A DNA stretch of 64,000 nt from a bacterium. GTDB taxonomy: Bacteria > Verrucomicrobiota > Verrucomicrobiia > Limisphaerales > UBA11358. Position numbers and translations under genes: made by a program. The notes under the pieces are model-generated. The model made no database searches, was not told the DNA's origin, and worked only from the letters and a program-made list of their open reading frames with translations. The stretch is taken from NCBI GenBank assembly GCA_021817945.1, contig JAKAFL010000010.1:25363-89362 (forward strand), read 5' to 3'. This document shows, piece after piece, positions 55,920 to 64,000 of this stretch (positions within the stretch are counted from its first letter, which is position 1; every line of letters starts with the position of its first letter).

Positions 55920-56032
55920 GATTGGGATGGATTACGAAACTGTATTGGTTTGATTGGGATTAAAAAGGAGTTTGAAATAGTCTTGGGCTTGTGATTTCCG
56001 ATGGCGCGTCCGCCAGCATGAGTGAGCGCCAA

Positions 56033-56060
56033 TAAAAAAAGCCGCCCCCGATGGGCGGCT
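56033..56060 (-). terminator. rho-independent terminator after the PEP-CTERM gene
   Basis: The minus strand reads GCCGCCC-atcgg-GGGCGGC followed by TTTTTTTATT, 18 nt after the stop. Confidence 0.7.
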
Positions 56061-56077
56061 GGCATGCCTCCCCGGTC

Positions 56078-56710
56078 TTACTTGCGCCGACGCAAAAGCC
56101 ATATGGCTGCGCTGCCAAATGCGGCAAAGGCGAAAGTGGAAGGTTCGGGCACGGCTGCGGTCTGCAAGGTGATGCTATTGAAGGTGATGTCGTAGTTGCC
56201 GGAGACATTGGCCGGGTCCAATTGCAGGTTCAATCCATTGATCACCGCGCCATTGGCCACATTTGCCTGGTTGGCGCTTTGCAATGCAAACGTCTTGCTG
56301 TAGGAACCGTCGCCATTAATGGTATAGCCGGTGCCATAATAGTCCACCCCGCCAAGACTGTCATCCAAGGCAAACAACACATTCACGGGTCCTGCAAACG
56401 TGCCTGAATTGAAGGTGAAATTAAAAACAACCTGCGTATCCGCCGGGTTATTGGCCGTGACATTGTTGGCTGGGATGGCGTAGTAGAGGGTGCTGAAACT
56501 GCCGCTGCCCCCCGGGGCATTGATTTCAAATCCAGTCGAAGTGGAACTGCTCTCGGAAGCATTCCAATCGCCAGTGTAACTGGCATTGGCAGGCACAATG
56601 TTCAAGTATTGGCCTCCGGTGATCCCCTGCGCCGAAACGCGGGAGATATTCATGGCCAACAAGCCACACGCGGTTGCTGCCAGGATCTGTTTTTTAGTTT
56701 TGGTTTTCAT
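56078..56710 (-). CDS. PEP-CTERM sorting-domain protein
   Basis: 210 aa with a signal peptide. The C-terminus VPEPSTFAFAAFGSAAIWLLRRRK has the PEP motif, a TM helix and a basic tail. Confidence 0.88.
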   Translation of the reverse strand: MKTKTKKQILAATACGLLAMNISRVSAQGITGGQYLNIVPANASYTGDWNASESSSTSTGFEINAPGGSGSFSTLYYAIPANNVTANNPADTQVVFNFTFNSGTFAGPVNVLFALDDSLGGVDYYGTGYTINGDGSYSKTFALQSANQANVANGAVINGLNLQLDPANVSGNYDITFNSITLQTAAVPEPSTFAFAAFGSAAIWLLRRRK

Positions 56711-56935
56711 GGTTGTTTGTTTTAAACGGGTTGACGGGTTACGTTAACACCCTACGATGAGACTGGTTTTCTCGGTAGTCGCATGAAGTGGTGACAACCC
56801 GGGGAGTGGCTGGTTTGCAGGCAAAAACAACTTTTACAAAATCATCAGGCCGGTTTGACGGGTTGCGACGCAGCCGGATTTTCCGGCTTTGAAGGGATTG
56901 GGCGCCCGGGAGGGGGATTTTCATTTATTTGCAAT

Positions 56936-56964
56936 TTGACCGCAGGCTGGAGGAATTGTAGGAT
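56936..56964 (+). promoter_or_regulatory. candidate sigma-70 promoter for ilvN-ilvC
   Basis: TTGACC (56936-56941), a 17-nt spacer, then TAGGAT (56959-56964), 27 nt upstream of the ilvN ATG. Confidence 0.3.
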
Positions 56965-56991
56965 GAATCTCCGTTTTGGAACGGTATCCAT

Positions 56992-57465
56992 ATGCGACAC
57001 ACCATATCAGTCCTGGTTGAAAACCGCTTCGGAGTGCTGACCCGCGTGGCCGGCCTCTTTAGTGGGCGCGGTTACAATATTGACACTCTTAACGTGGGGC
57101 CTACGCAAGACCCCAAGCTCTCCCGGATGACTTTGGTCACCCACGGGGATGAAGCCACCATTGAACAAATTGTCAAACAGTTGAACAAATTGCCTGACGT
57201 CATCAAGGTGCAGGATTTTCATGCTGGCGAGGCGGTGGACCGCGAATTGGTACTGGTGAAAGTGGGCGTGGACTCCAAAAGCCGGGCCGAAGTGATGCAA
57301 ATCACCGACATATTCCGCGCCAAAATCGTGGATGTCCAGCCCAAGTCGCTGACCATTGAAATCACGGGAAATGGCAGCAAGGTGGAAAAGTTTTTGGATC
57401 TCATGGTGGTCTTTGGAGTTCAGGAAATAAGCCGCACCGGTCAGGTGGCGTTACCACGGAATTAA
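56992..57465 (+). CDS. ilvN: acetolactate synthase small (regulatory) subunit
   Basis: 157 aa. MRHTISVLVENRFGVLTRVAGLFSGRGYNIDTL.VGPT, an ACT domain with the canonical IlvH/IlvN start. Confidence 0.93.
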   Translation: MRHTISVLVENRFGVLTRVAGLFSGRGYNIDTLNVGPTQDPKLSRMTLVTHGDEATIEQIVKQLNKLPDVIKVQDFHAGEAVDRELVLVKVGVDSKSRAEVMQITDIFRAKIVDVQPKSLTIEITGNGSKVEKFLDLMVVFGVQEISRTGQVALPRN

Positions 57466-57514
57466 TTAAAAGCGCAGAGTGACGGTTCCGGTTCAAATCT
57501 GCAAAAATCAATTT

Positions 57515-58537
57515 ATGGCAAAAGTCTATACTGATAAAGATGCCGATCTCGGCGTATTAAAAAACAAAACCCTGGCGGTTTTGGGATTCGGTTCCCAAGG
57601 CCACGCTCATGCCCTTAACCTCAAGGACAGCGGGTTGAAGGTTGTCATCGGCCTTTATGAAGGCAGCAAATCCATTCCTGTCGCCAGGGAAAAGGGTTTT
57701 GAAGTGTTGTCCACCGCCGAGGCGGTTCGTCGGGCCGACGTCATCATGGTGGCTTTGCCGGACACTAAACAAGCCGCAGCGTATGAAAAAGATATCCTGC
57801 CCAATCTGGCCAAGGGCAAAACCCTGGTTTTTTCCCATGGCTTTTCCATCCATTTCAAAACCATCGTGCCACCAAAAGATGTGAATATCATCATGGTGGC
57901 CCCCAAGGGCCCCGGACACACTGTGCGCCGCCAGTATGTGGAAGGCAAAGGAGTGCCATCTCTGATTGCGGTGTACCAAAACCCGGGCAAGGATGCCAAA
58001 AAAATAGCCCTGGCCTGGGCCAAGGGTATCGGCGGCACGCGTGCTGGCGTGATCGAAACCAACTTCCGCGAAGAAACAGAAACGGATTTGTTCGGTGAAC
58101 AAACCGTGCTTTGCGGCGGCGCCAGCGCCTTGGTGCAGGCTGGTTTTGAGGTCCTGGTGGAAGCCGGTTACTCACCCGAAATGGCTTATTTTGAATGCCT
58201 GCACGAGCTCAAGCTCATTGCAGACCTGATGAACGAGGCAGGCATCAGCGGCATGCGCTTTTCCATTTCTGAAACTGCCAAGTGGGGTGACATCACTGTG
58301 GGGCCCAAAATCATTGATGCCAGCGTGAAGAAACGCATGAAGGCCGCATTGAAGGACATTCAAAGTGGCAAATTTGCCAAGAATTGGGTCAACGAATACA
58401 AGGGAGGCTACAAGAAATACAATTCCCTCCTCAAAAAGGGTGAGAAACATCCCATTGAAAAGACTGGCGCCAAACTGCGCGCGCTCATGCCCTGGATGGG
58501 GCGCAAAAACATCAAGGGCGCCCAAGCCGCTTACTGA
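57515..58537 (+). CDS. ilvC: ketol-acid reductoisomerase (class I)
   Basis: From the ATG at 57515: [12 protein letters not shown]...[14 protein letters not shown]+DSG...GFSIHF...APKGPGH.VR. Confidence 0.95.
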   Translation: MAKVYTDKDADLGVLKNKTLAVLGFGSQGHAHALNLKDSGLKVVIGLYEGSKSIPVAREKGFEVLSTAEAVRRADVIMVALPDTKQAAAYEKDILPNLAKGKTLVFSHGFSIHFKTIVPPKDVNIIMVAPKGPGHTVRRQYVEGKGVPSLIAVYQNPGKDAKKIALAWAKGIGGTRAGVIETNFREETETDLFGEQTVLCGGASALVQAGFEVLVEAGYSPEMAYFECLHELKLIADLMNEAGISGMRFSISETAKWGDITVGPKIIDASVKKRMKAALKDIQSGKFAKNWVNEYKGGYKKYNSLLKKGEKHPIEKTGAKLRALMPWMGRKNIKGAQAAY

Positions 58538-58555
58538 TCAATTCCCGATCCCCGC

Positions 58556-58584
58556 GAAGGCCGCCGGCACCCCCGGCGGCCTTC
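58556..58584 (+). terminator. GC-rich hairpin after ilvC (possible terminator)
   Basis: GAAGGCCGCCGG-caccc-CCGGCGGCCTTC, a perfect 12-bp stem 19 nt after the stop. The downstream T-tract is weak (CCATTTCATGATTTT). Confidence 0.4.
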
Positions 58585-58717
58585 CCATTTCATGATTTTG
58601 GAAGGTGCCTGCGATCCACCCCTGGCCAATGTGCCCTCCGCTTTTTGGCTGGTGCAAAGACAGCCCACCGGTTCTTCATTTCTCCTCGCCGGTCGGCCAT
58701 TCTCACCGGAGGAATCC

Positions 58718-58921
58718 TTAAACCAGCTTGGCATGGCGGGAAGCCAGATATCTGTAGAGAGTGTGAACGTCCCCGGTCAAAACCCTCTCTGAAGTGCTGT
58801 CCGGGGCGTCCATGAGTTTGAATCGCACGCACAGGCTCTCCAGCGCCACAACAAGCACGTAACGCTTCTTTAACCTCCACAACTGGCCCTCACTTAATTC
58901 TTTCATTTTTCTTGTCTTCAT
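58718..58921 (-). CDS. small hypothetical protein
   Basis: 67 aa from the ATG at 58921: MKTRKMKELSEGQLWRLKKRYVLVVALESLCVRFKLMD... The G-Q-x-W...Y-hydrophobic-run pattern recalls small multi-copy proteins of PVC genomes. That recollection is unverified. Confidence 0.35.
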   Translation of the reverse strand: MKTRKMKELSEGQLWRLKKRYVLVVALESLCVRFKLMDAPDSTSERVLTGDVHTLYRYLASRHAKLV

Positions 58922-59515
58922 ATTGTCCGTCCCTTGGTCCATTCCCAATTTGGACCGTCATTTTATCCAGTTTGTTCATGGTCTTGCCGTGACAATCAGG
59001 TGACGATTCAAATCATCAACCCCTATACCATTCGACGGTTTGAAGATTAACCGGGCATGAATGCAAAATTAAATCGCACAGGGCGGAATGAAAGCGCGTG
59101 AACCTGTGAATGGAGGCGAATTCCTTGCAAGCCAGGGGAAGGTTCGGCCAGGTTCATTTTCCTGACGAAATTTTCGCATCGCCGAGCAGGAGCTTCCGGA
59201 CTCAGGTCCTAACCAGGCATCGCACAGGACCATTTCGTTGCCAAATGACTCACTTGCATGATCCTGATAAATGATTTTTGCGGCTGACCGCGCGGCTAGG
59301 CTTGCAGACCCAAACTTCATCCCATGGCGATCGCCCTGACGGTCCCCATGGCCTGCATCGAGCGACTTGGCGTCGTATTCAACCATTATAAAACAAATCG
59401 ATATCCAAGAAATTCATATGGTTTGTCAGGGACAACAAGGCGTGGTCGCGGGGCATAATGCATTTTTACGTTTGGTGCCATTGAAATGATGGTCTGGAAT
59501 TGATAAACATCAGGC

Positions 59516-62383
59516 ATGTGCCCCGCTCAAAGCCATAGAAGAGTTATGGCCACCTGTTTTATTTCAGCCGCCTTTCTGGTTTTCAGTTTGTCCGGTCTGG
59601 CTATGACCGTGAAGAATTTGAAATGTGAGTATTACGTCAATCCTTTGGGGGTTGACGTGATGCAGCCGGAAATGAGTTGGACGCTGCAATCGGTGAAACG
59701 CGGAGACCGGCAAACGGCATATCAGGTTCTTGTGGCTTCCAGCGAAGCACAGTTAAAGGCCAACCAAGGCAACCTTTGGGATAGTGGCAAAGTGGATTCG
59801 GATGAATCCATCCAAATCATGTATGCCGGACATGGTCTCATTTCCTCGAAACAGGTCTTTTGGAAGGTGCGTGCGTGGGATATGGACGGGAGGGTTTCGC
59901 CATGGAGCGATGAAGCGACGTGGACGATGGGAATCCTTCATCCGTCCGAATGGAATGCCCAATGGATTTCCGCAGCAGGCGCGGAAAAATACGGTCGCTC
60001 TTATCCGGGCTATGAGCGTACCGATTTCAGCCGGAGGGATGACTTTGCGCATCAATATCCCGACGCTGGAAAAACGGGCGAGCCTGACTATTCATCGCTT
60101 CTGGCGCGTCGTGAATTCATAGTGAAACCCGGACTTGAGAGGGCCGTCATCCATGTGGCTGGGCTTGGCCAATACGAACTCTCCGTCAACGGCAAAAAAG
60201 TGGGGGATGCCCTTTTTTCGCCTGGGTGGACGGATTATCACAAAACGGTCCTTTATGACACGTACGACATCACTGCGATGGTTCGAAAGGGAGGCAATGC
60301 GCTTGGTTTGTTCCTGGGCAACGGCATGTATAATATCCAGCCGGACCCGGTGCGCTATGTAAAATTTCTCAATTCATTCGGGCCCTTGAAAACCATCGCC
60401 GAATTGCAGCTTCAGTATGCCAACGGTTCTGTGGACACGATAGGAACGGATGCATCGTGGCGGGTGGCTCCCGGGCCTGTCACGTTCAACAACATTTTTG
60501 GCGGGGAGGATTTTGATGGGCGCCTCGTGGAGGCGGGTTGGGACCAGAAGGATTTCAGGTTGGATTCCCAATGGGTGCCGGCGGTTGAAACATCCGGGCC
60601 GGGGGGGATTTTACGGGGGATTACGTGTGCCGCGCCTCCGATTCGAGCAATGCAAACTCTCGAACCCGCCACGATAAGAAAAATGAGCACCGACATCCTG
60701 GTCTTCGACCTCGGGCAGAATTGTTCCATGATGCCGCGCCTCTCCGTGTCCGGTCCACGCGGTTCCTGCGTGCGGATTATACCTTCGGAATTGCTCAAGC
60801 CGGACGGCATGGTGGACCGCCGCAGTTGCACCCAGGACGGCGTTCGACCCGCCTGGTGGCAATACACCCTTGCCGGCGGCGGTACAGAAAACTATTTTCC
60901 TCGATTTTTCTACCAAGGCTGCCGTTATTTTCAGGTGGAGCTTTTTCCCGCGAAAACCTGCGGGGAACTGCCAAAAATCAAAAAACTGGAGGGGGTTGTG
61001 ATCCATTCCTCCTCTGTGCCCATCGGGACATTTGAAACCTCAAATCCCTTGTTTAATCACATCTATTGGCTGGTTCGCTGGGCGCAGGTGAACAACATGA
61101 TGAGCATCATGACTGACTGTCCCCACCGCGAGAAACTTGGCTGGCTGGAGCAGACACACTTGAATGGTCCATCGCTGCGCTACAACTTCGACATGGCTCC
61201 TCTGTTGCGGAAAGTGATGCATGACATGGACGACGCCCAATTAAAAAATGGCCTGGTGCCAAACATCGCCCCTGAATATTTCATTGCTGGCTCTCCTGAC
61301 ATGAACAACGGTTTTAGAAACTCTCCCGAGTGGGGCGGGGCATTTATCATGGATGCATGGCAGCAGTATCAATTCGACGGCGATACTTCTCTTATGCGCC
61401 TTTATTATGGCGATATGAAACGCTACGTTGCATTTCTGGGCAGCTCAGCCAGGAATCAAATCGTCACCACCGGCCTTGGCGATTGGTATGATTTGGGTCC
61501 AAAGCCGCCATGGGGTTCGCAGCTTACCCCTGTCGGGCTTACGGCAACCGCATTTTATGAGCGCTTAAGCTGGATTCTCGCGCGCACTGCCGCGCTCCTG
61601 GGCAAGCCCGATGAGGAAAAGCAATATGACCAGCTCGCAACCAAAATCCGCATGGCCTTTAACAAAGCATATTACCATCCGGAAACACATCAGTACGCTT
61701 CCGGCTCGCAGTGCGCTGATTCGCTGGCTCTCGTCATGGATTTGGTTGAAAACACCAATCGGTCCGGTGTGGTCAGCAACCTTGTGGCTGATGTGCGTGC
61801 CAGGGGGTTGACCGCCGGAGACGTCGGCTACCGTTATCTTTTGCGCGCCCTTGCAGACAGCGGTCATTCGGCCCTGATTTATGCCATGAATAACCAGTCC
61901 CAAAAACCAGGCTATGGTTACCAATTGAAAATGGGGGCAACAAGCCTGACGGAAAAGTGGGATGGAGGGGTGGGGAGTTTTGGCTCCCAGGATCACTTTA
62001 TGCTCGGCCAGATCAATGAATGGTTTTATCACGACCTTGCCGGAATCCAATGCGATCCGTCAGGACCTGGTTTTAAAAAAATCATCATTAAACCAGCCGT
62101 TGTGAGGGGGTTGACTTCGGTCCATGCCAGTTACAATTCCATCCATGGCATGATTGAAAGCCGCTGGCAGATTGTTGGGTCCCGGTTCTTGGAATCCGTT
62201 TCCATTCCTGCCAACACCACGGCAACCCTCTATTTGCCCGCCTCAGGGTTGCAATCCGTGACGGAAAGTGGCAGCCCTGCCACCCAAGCCAGCGGGGTCA
62301 AATTCCTTCGAATGGATGGCAAATGGGCAGTGTTTCAGCTTGGTTCTGGCAACTATAAATTTGTTTCCAACGCTGGAGATTGA
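59516..62383 (+). CDS. alpha-L-rhamnosidase (glycoside hydrolase family 78)
   Basis: 955 aa with a signal peptide. The N-terminal LKCEYYVNPLGVDVMQPEMSW is the GH78 opening, and the catalytic (alpha/alpha)6 region has TDCPHREKLGW. The start may be the ATG at 59546. Confidence 0.88.
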   Translation: MCPAQSHRRVMATCFISAAFLVFSLSGLAMTVKNLKCEYYVNPLGVDVMQPEMSWTLQSVKRGDRQTAYQVLVASSEAQLKANQGNLWDSGKVDSDESIQIMYAGHGLISSKQVFWKVRAWDMDGRVSPWSDEATWTMGILHPSEWNAQWISAAGAEKYGRSYPGYERTDFSRRDDFAHQYPDAGKTGEPDYSSLLARREFIVKPGLERAVIHVAGLGQYELSVNGKKVGDALFSPGWTDYHKTVLYDTYDITAMVRKGGNALGLFLGNGMYNIQPDPVRYVKFLNSFGPLKTIAELQLQYANGSVDTIGTDASWRVAPGPVTFNNIFGGEDFDGRLVEAGWDQKDFRLDSQWVPAVETSGPGGILRGITCAAPPIRAMQTLEPATIRKMSTDILVFDLGQNCSMMPRLSVSGPRGSCVRIIPSELLKPDGMVDRRSCTQDGVRPAWWQYTLAGGGTENYFPRFFYQGCRYFQVELFPAKTCGELPKIKKLEGVVIHSSSVPIGTFETSNPLFNHIYWLVRWAQVNNMMSIMTDCPHREKLGWLEQTHLNGPSLRYNFDMAPLLRKVMHDMDDAQLKNGLVPNIAPEYFIAGSPDMNNGFRNSPEWGGAFIMDAWQQYQFDGDTSLMRLYYGDMKRYVAFLGSSARNQIVTTGLGDWYDLGPKPPWGSQLTPVGLTATAFYERLSWILARTAALLGKPDEEKQYDQLATKIRMAFNKAYYHPETHQYASGSQCADSLALVMDLVENTNRSGVVSNLVADVRARGLTAGDVGYRYLLRALADSGHSALIYAMNNQSQKPGYGYQLKMGATSLTEKWDGGVGSFGSQDHFMLGQINEWFYHDLAGIQCDPSGPGFKKIIIKPAVVRGLTSVHASYNSIHGMIESRWQIVGSRFLESVSIPANTTATLYLPASGLQSVTESGSPATQASGVKFLRMDGKWAVFQLGSGNYKFVSNAGD

Positions 62384-62734
62384 GGGTCTGACGAACTCAA
62401 AACAAGCGATAGATAATGGGTGCCAATTCCTTGCCTGCCCTTGCAGGAGCCAGCCCATTGCGAAACCCGATATGCGCAGGTTGTTTCAAAGCTATGAGGA
62501 CCCATGCGCATCAGATTCTGGTCCGCCTTGGAATCATTCTCCAGAAATGGGAAAGGCCACTCATCTCCCAAGTCCTGCTGGACTCGCCGGGTTCAAACAG
62601 CCCGGGGCTGGGCAGGGCGGGTTTTTCGCTCCCCTGCAAACGAGAAACTGGACCAAACCGATGGAACTGCGTGATGGGGCAAAAATGAACGTGGCGTGGG
62701 AATTGAACAGTATCCAGCCTTTGGTAAAATGGCT

Positions 62735-63601
62735 TCAGGGTGCCAGATCAAGCAAGCTTTGAACACGCTCTAAATTGCATTTGATTTCTGCAACAAGCGG
62801 CTCAACTTCATTTGGCGACAACTGCATCAACATGACCGAATCCGGGTGGCACGTTTGCAGGTTCGGGGTGCGGCTTGCCTGGTCAACTATCTGGTACGCC
62901 AAATTATTTGCCAGACTGACCATTGCAGCCAAACTTTCATGTTCCCCTGCCATTTTCGGTGAATCGTGATGGTGGGTTGTCGCTGCTGCCACCGCGTCGG
63001 GCAAGCCCCAGCGTGAAAGAAGCATGCCACCAATTTCAGCGTGGTTTACACCAAAAGCCGCCTTTTCTACTTCGGCCAATTGCCCACCGTTGTGTTCGGT
63101 CCGCCGTAGCAGGTCAGAGTAAGCCGGGCCTTCGACCGAATGAAATACCTGTTTGCCAATATCGTGTAAAAGCCCGGAGGTAAAAGCAACTGCCTCAGGT
63201 TCCTCTAGCCGTTTCGCCAGGGTCGCGGCAGATACTGCTGTCACCACTGAATGCCGCCACAACTTGACCGTATCCGCGCCACCGCTGGTTTTGCCGCACG
63301 ACATGGCGCGTGCGCCTACCAGCGCGGCCACCACGCAATAAACCTCGTAAAAACCCAGGCGGGTGATTGCGTCAAACATGTCCAAAGCCGGCTCCGCGCC
63401 GCGGAAAGAAGCGCTATTACACCGCCGCAGAACCTCGACCGTCAACGATTGGTCATGGCCAATCAAGTCCACAATCCGATCCATGTCATGGTTCGGGTCG
63501 CCAAAAAGCCCCAACAACTCGGCGGCTACAGTGGGTGCCGGAGGCAAATCCTTTACCCGGTCTATGTATTGGTCTGATTTTAACATTCGGTTTAATTCCA
63601 A
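62735..63601 (-). CDS. HDOD domain signalling protein
   Basis: 288 aa. LPPAPTVAAELLGLFGDPNHDMDRIVDLIGHDQSLTVEVLRRCNSASF and GLLHDIGK, ...NHAEIGG, the HDOD pattern. Confidence 0.88.
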   Translation of the reverse strand: MELNRMLKSDQYIDRVKDLPPAPTVAAELLGLFGDPNHDMDRIVDLIGHDQSLTVEVLRRCNSASFRGAEPALDMFDAITRLGFYEVYCVVAALVGARAMSCGKTSGGADTVKLWRHSVVTAVSAATLAKRLEEPEAVAFTSGLLHDIGKQVFHSVEGPAYSDLLRRTEHNGGQLAEVEKAAFGVNHAEIGGMLLSRWGLPDAVAAATTHHHDSPKMAGEHESLAAMVSLANNLAYQIVDQASRTPNLQTCHPDSVMLMQLSPNEVEPLVAEIKCNLERVQSLLDLAP

Positions 63602-64000
63602 TCCTGCAAATCATGTGGCAAGGAAACCTGCCCTGCTTTAAGGGTGGTCACTCCGTGCCACTGCATATTTTTCAATTTCCAAACTTCACTAAGTTTGTGA
63701 AATTGAGCATGAAGCACGATTTGGGCCATGATAATCTTGTCCCGCCCAAAAACACTTTTAGTTGTCATTTTCCTCGTATTTGACGCTGCGTCCAACAAAT
63801 CGGGGGAACCTCACACAGGAGGTTTCAATGTCCTTTGGTTTGACTGAATGTCCATTTTGACATCTGAAAACTGTGCAGTTCATGAAGATTCCGATCAAAC
63901 TCCCTTATTAAAACCTCAAAATGGAAAACCGGCTTAAATCAGGAAAACCTTGTTACCTAAAATTGAAACAAATGCATTTTGCATCCACATGGTACGCTCG

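Noticed and set aside
59069-59386. A 105-aa minus-strand ORF as a gene.
   Set aside because: Low-complexity G/S/A/R-rich sequence with no motif and no convincing start context. It is kept only as part of a finding, not as a feature.
62268-62762. A 164-aa plus-strand ORF spanning the GH78 3' end and the HDOD 3' end.
   Set aside because: It overlaps two confident genes at both ends, and the unique middle part (62384-62734) gives a P/G/A-rich sequence with no family signal.
63592-63798. A 68-aa minus-strand ORF overlapping the HDOD start by 10 nt. It could be a coupled small gene.
   Set aside because: No recognisable features, an AT-rich region and a weak start context. There is insufficient evidence without conservation data.
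1-64000. Scan of the whole window for CRISPR arrays, rRNA, transposases, integrases, phage genes, toxin-antitoxin pairs or known defence-system genes.
   Set aside because: None were found by eye. The only regularly recurring sequence is the dispersed ~162-bp palindromic repeat, which does not have a repeat-spacer organisation.

Overview
A 64-kb chromosomal segment with high GC outside one islet. It most likely comes from a PVC-group, Verrucomicrobia-like bacterium. That is an inference from gene content: a PEP-CTERM protein, a secreted beta-helix repeat protein, a Tat-signal Gfo/Idh/MocA oxidoreductase, a sulfatase-fold protein, HEAT/DUF4388 proteins and a long-form L28. I support about 50 protein genes, mostly housekeeping: cbpA-like DnaJ, htrA, FKBP, rpsL-rpsG, glnD, an ECF sigma, a polyprenyl synthase, rpoZ, smpB, rpmB, tal, rhaB, nadC-birA-coaX, korAB, aroG-type DAHP synthase, recG, alr, ilvN-ilvC and a GH78 rhamnosidase. 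There are two RNA genes missing from the ORF track: tRNA-His (GTG) and tmRNA. I saw no rRNA, CRISPR array, transposase, integrase or phage genes. Four things stand out. (1) A low-GC islet at about 40.5-44 kb leads into a translationally coupled operon of SAM-methyltransferase, 6-TM hybrid HK-REC-HK kinase and REC-pseudokinase, lying divergent from a FadL-type outer-membrane channel. The gene order and the unusual regulator resemble the Ralstonia phcB-phcS-phcR lipid-methyl-ester quorum-sensing locus, and this is my best candidate for an undescribed system. (2) A roughly 162-bp imperfect-palindrome (MITE/ERIC-like) intergenic repeat occurs in four copies, one of them an internal-deletion derivative. 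(3) A sulfatase-fold protein has every catalytic residue I can align replaced. (4) A highly divergent PurD-like ATP-grasp gene sits next to alanine racemase. All family assignments come from reading motifs by eye; no searches were run.
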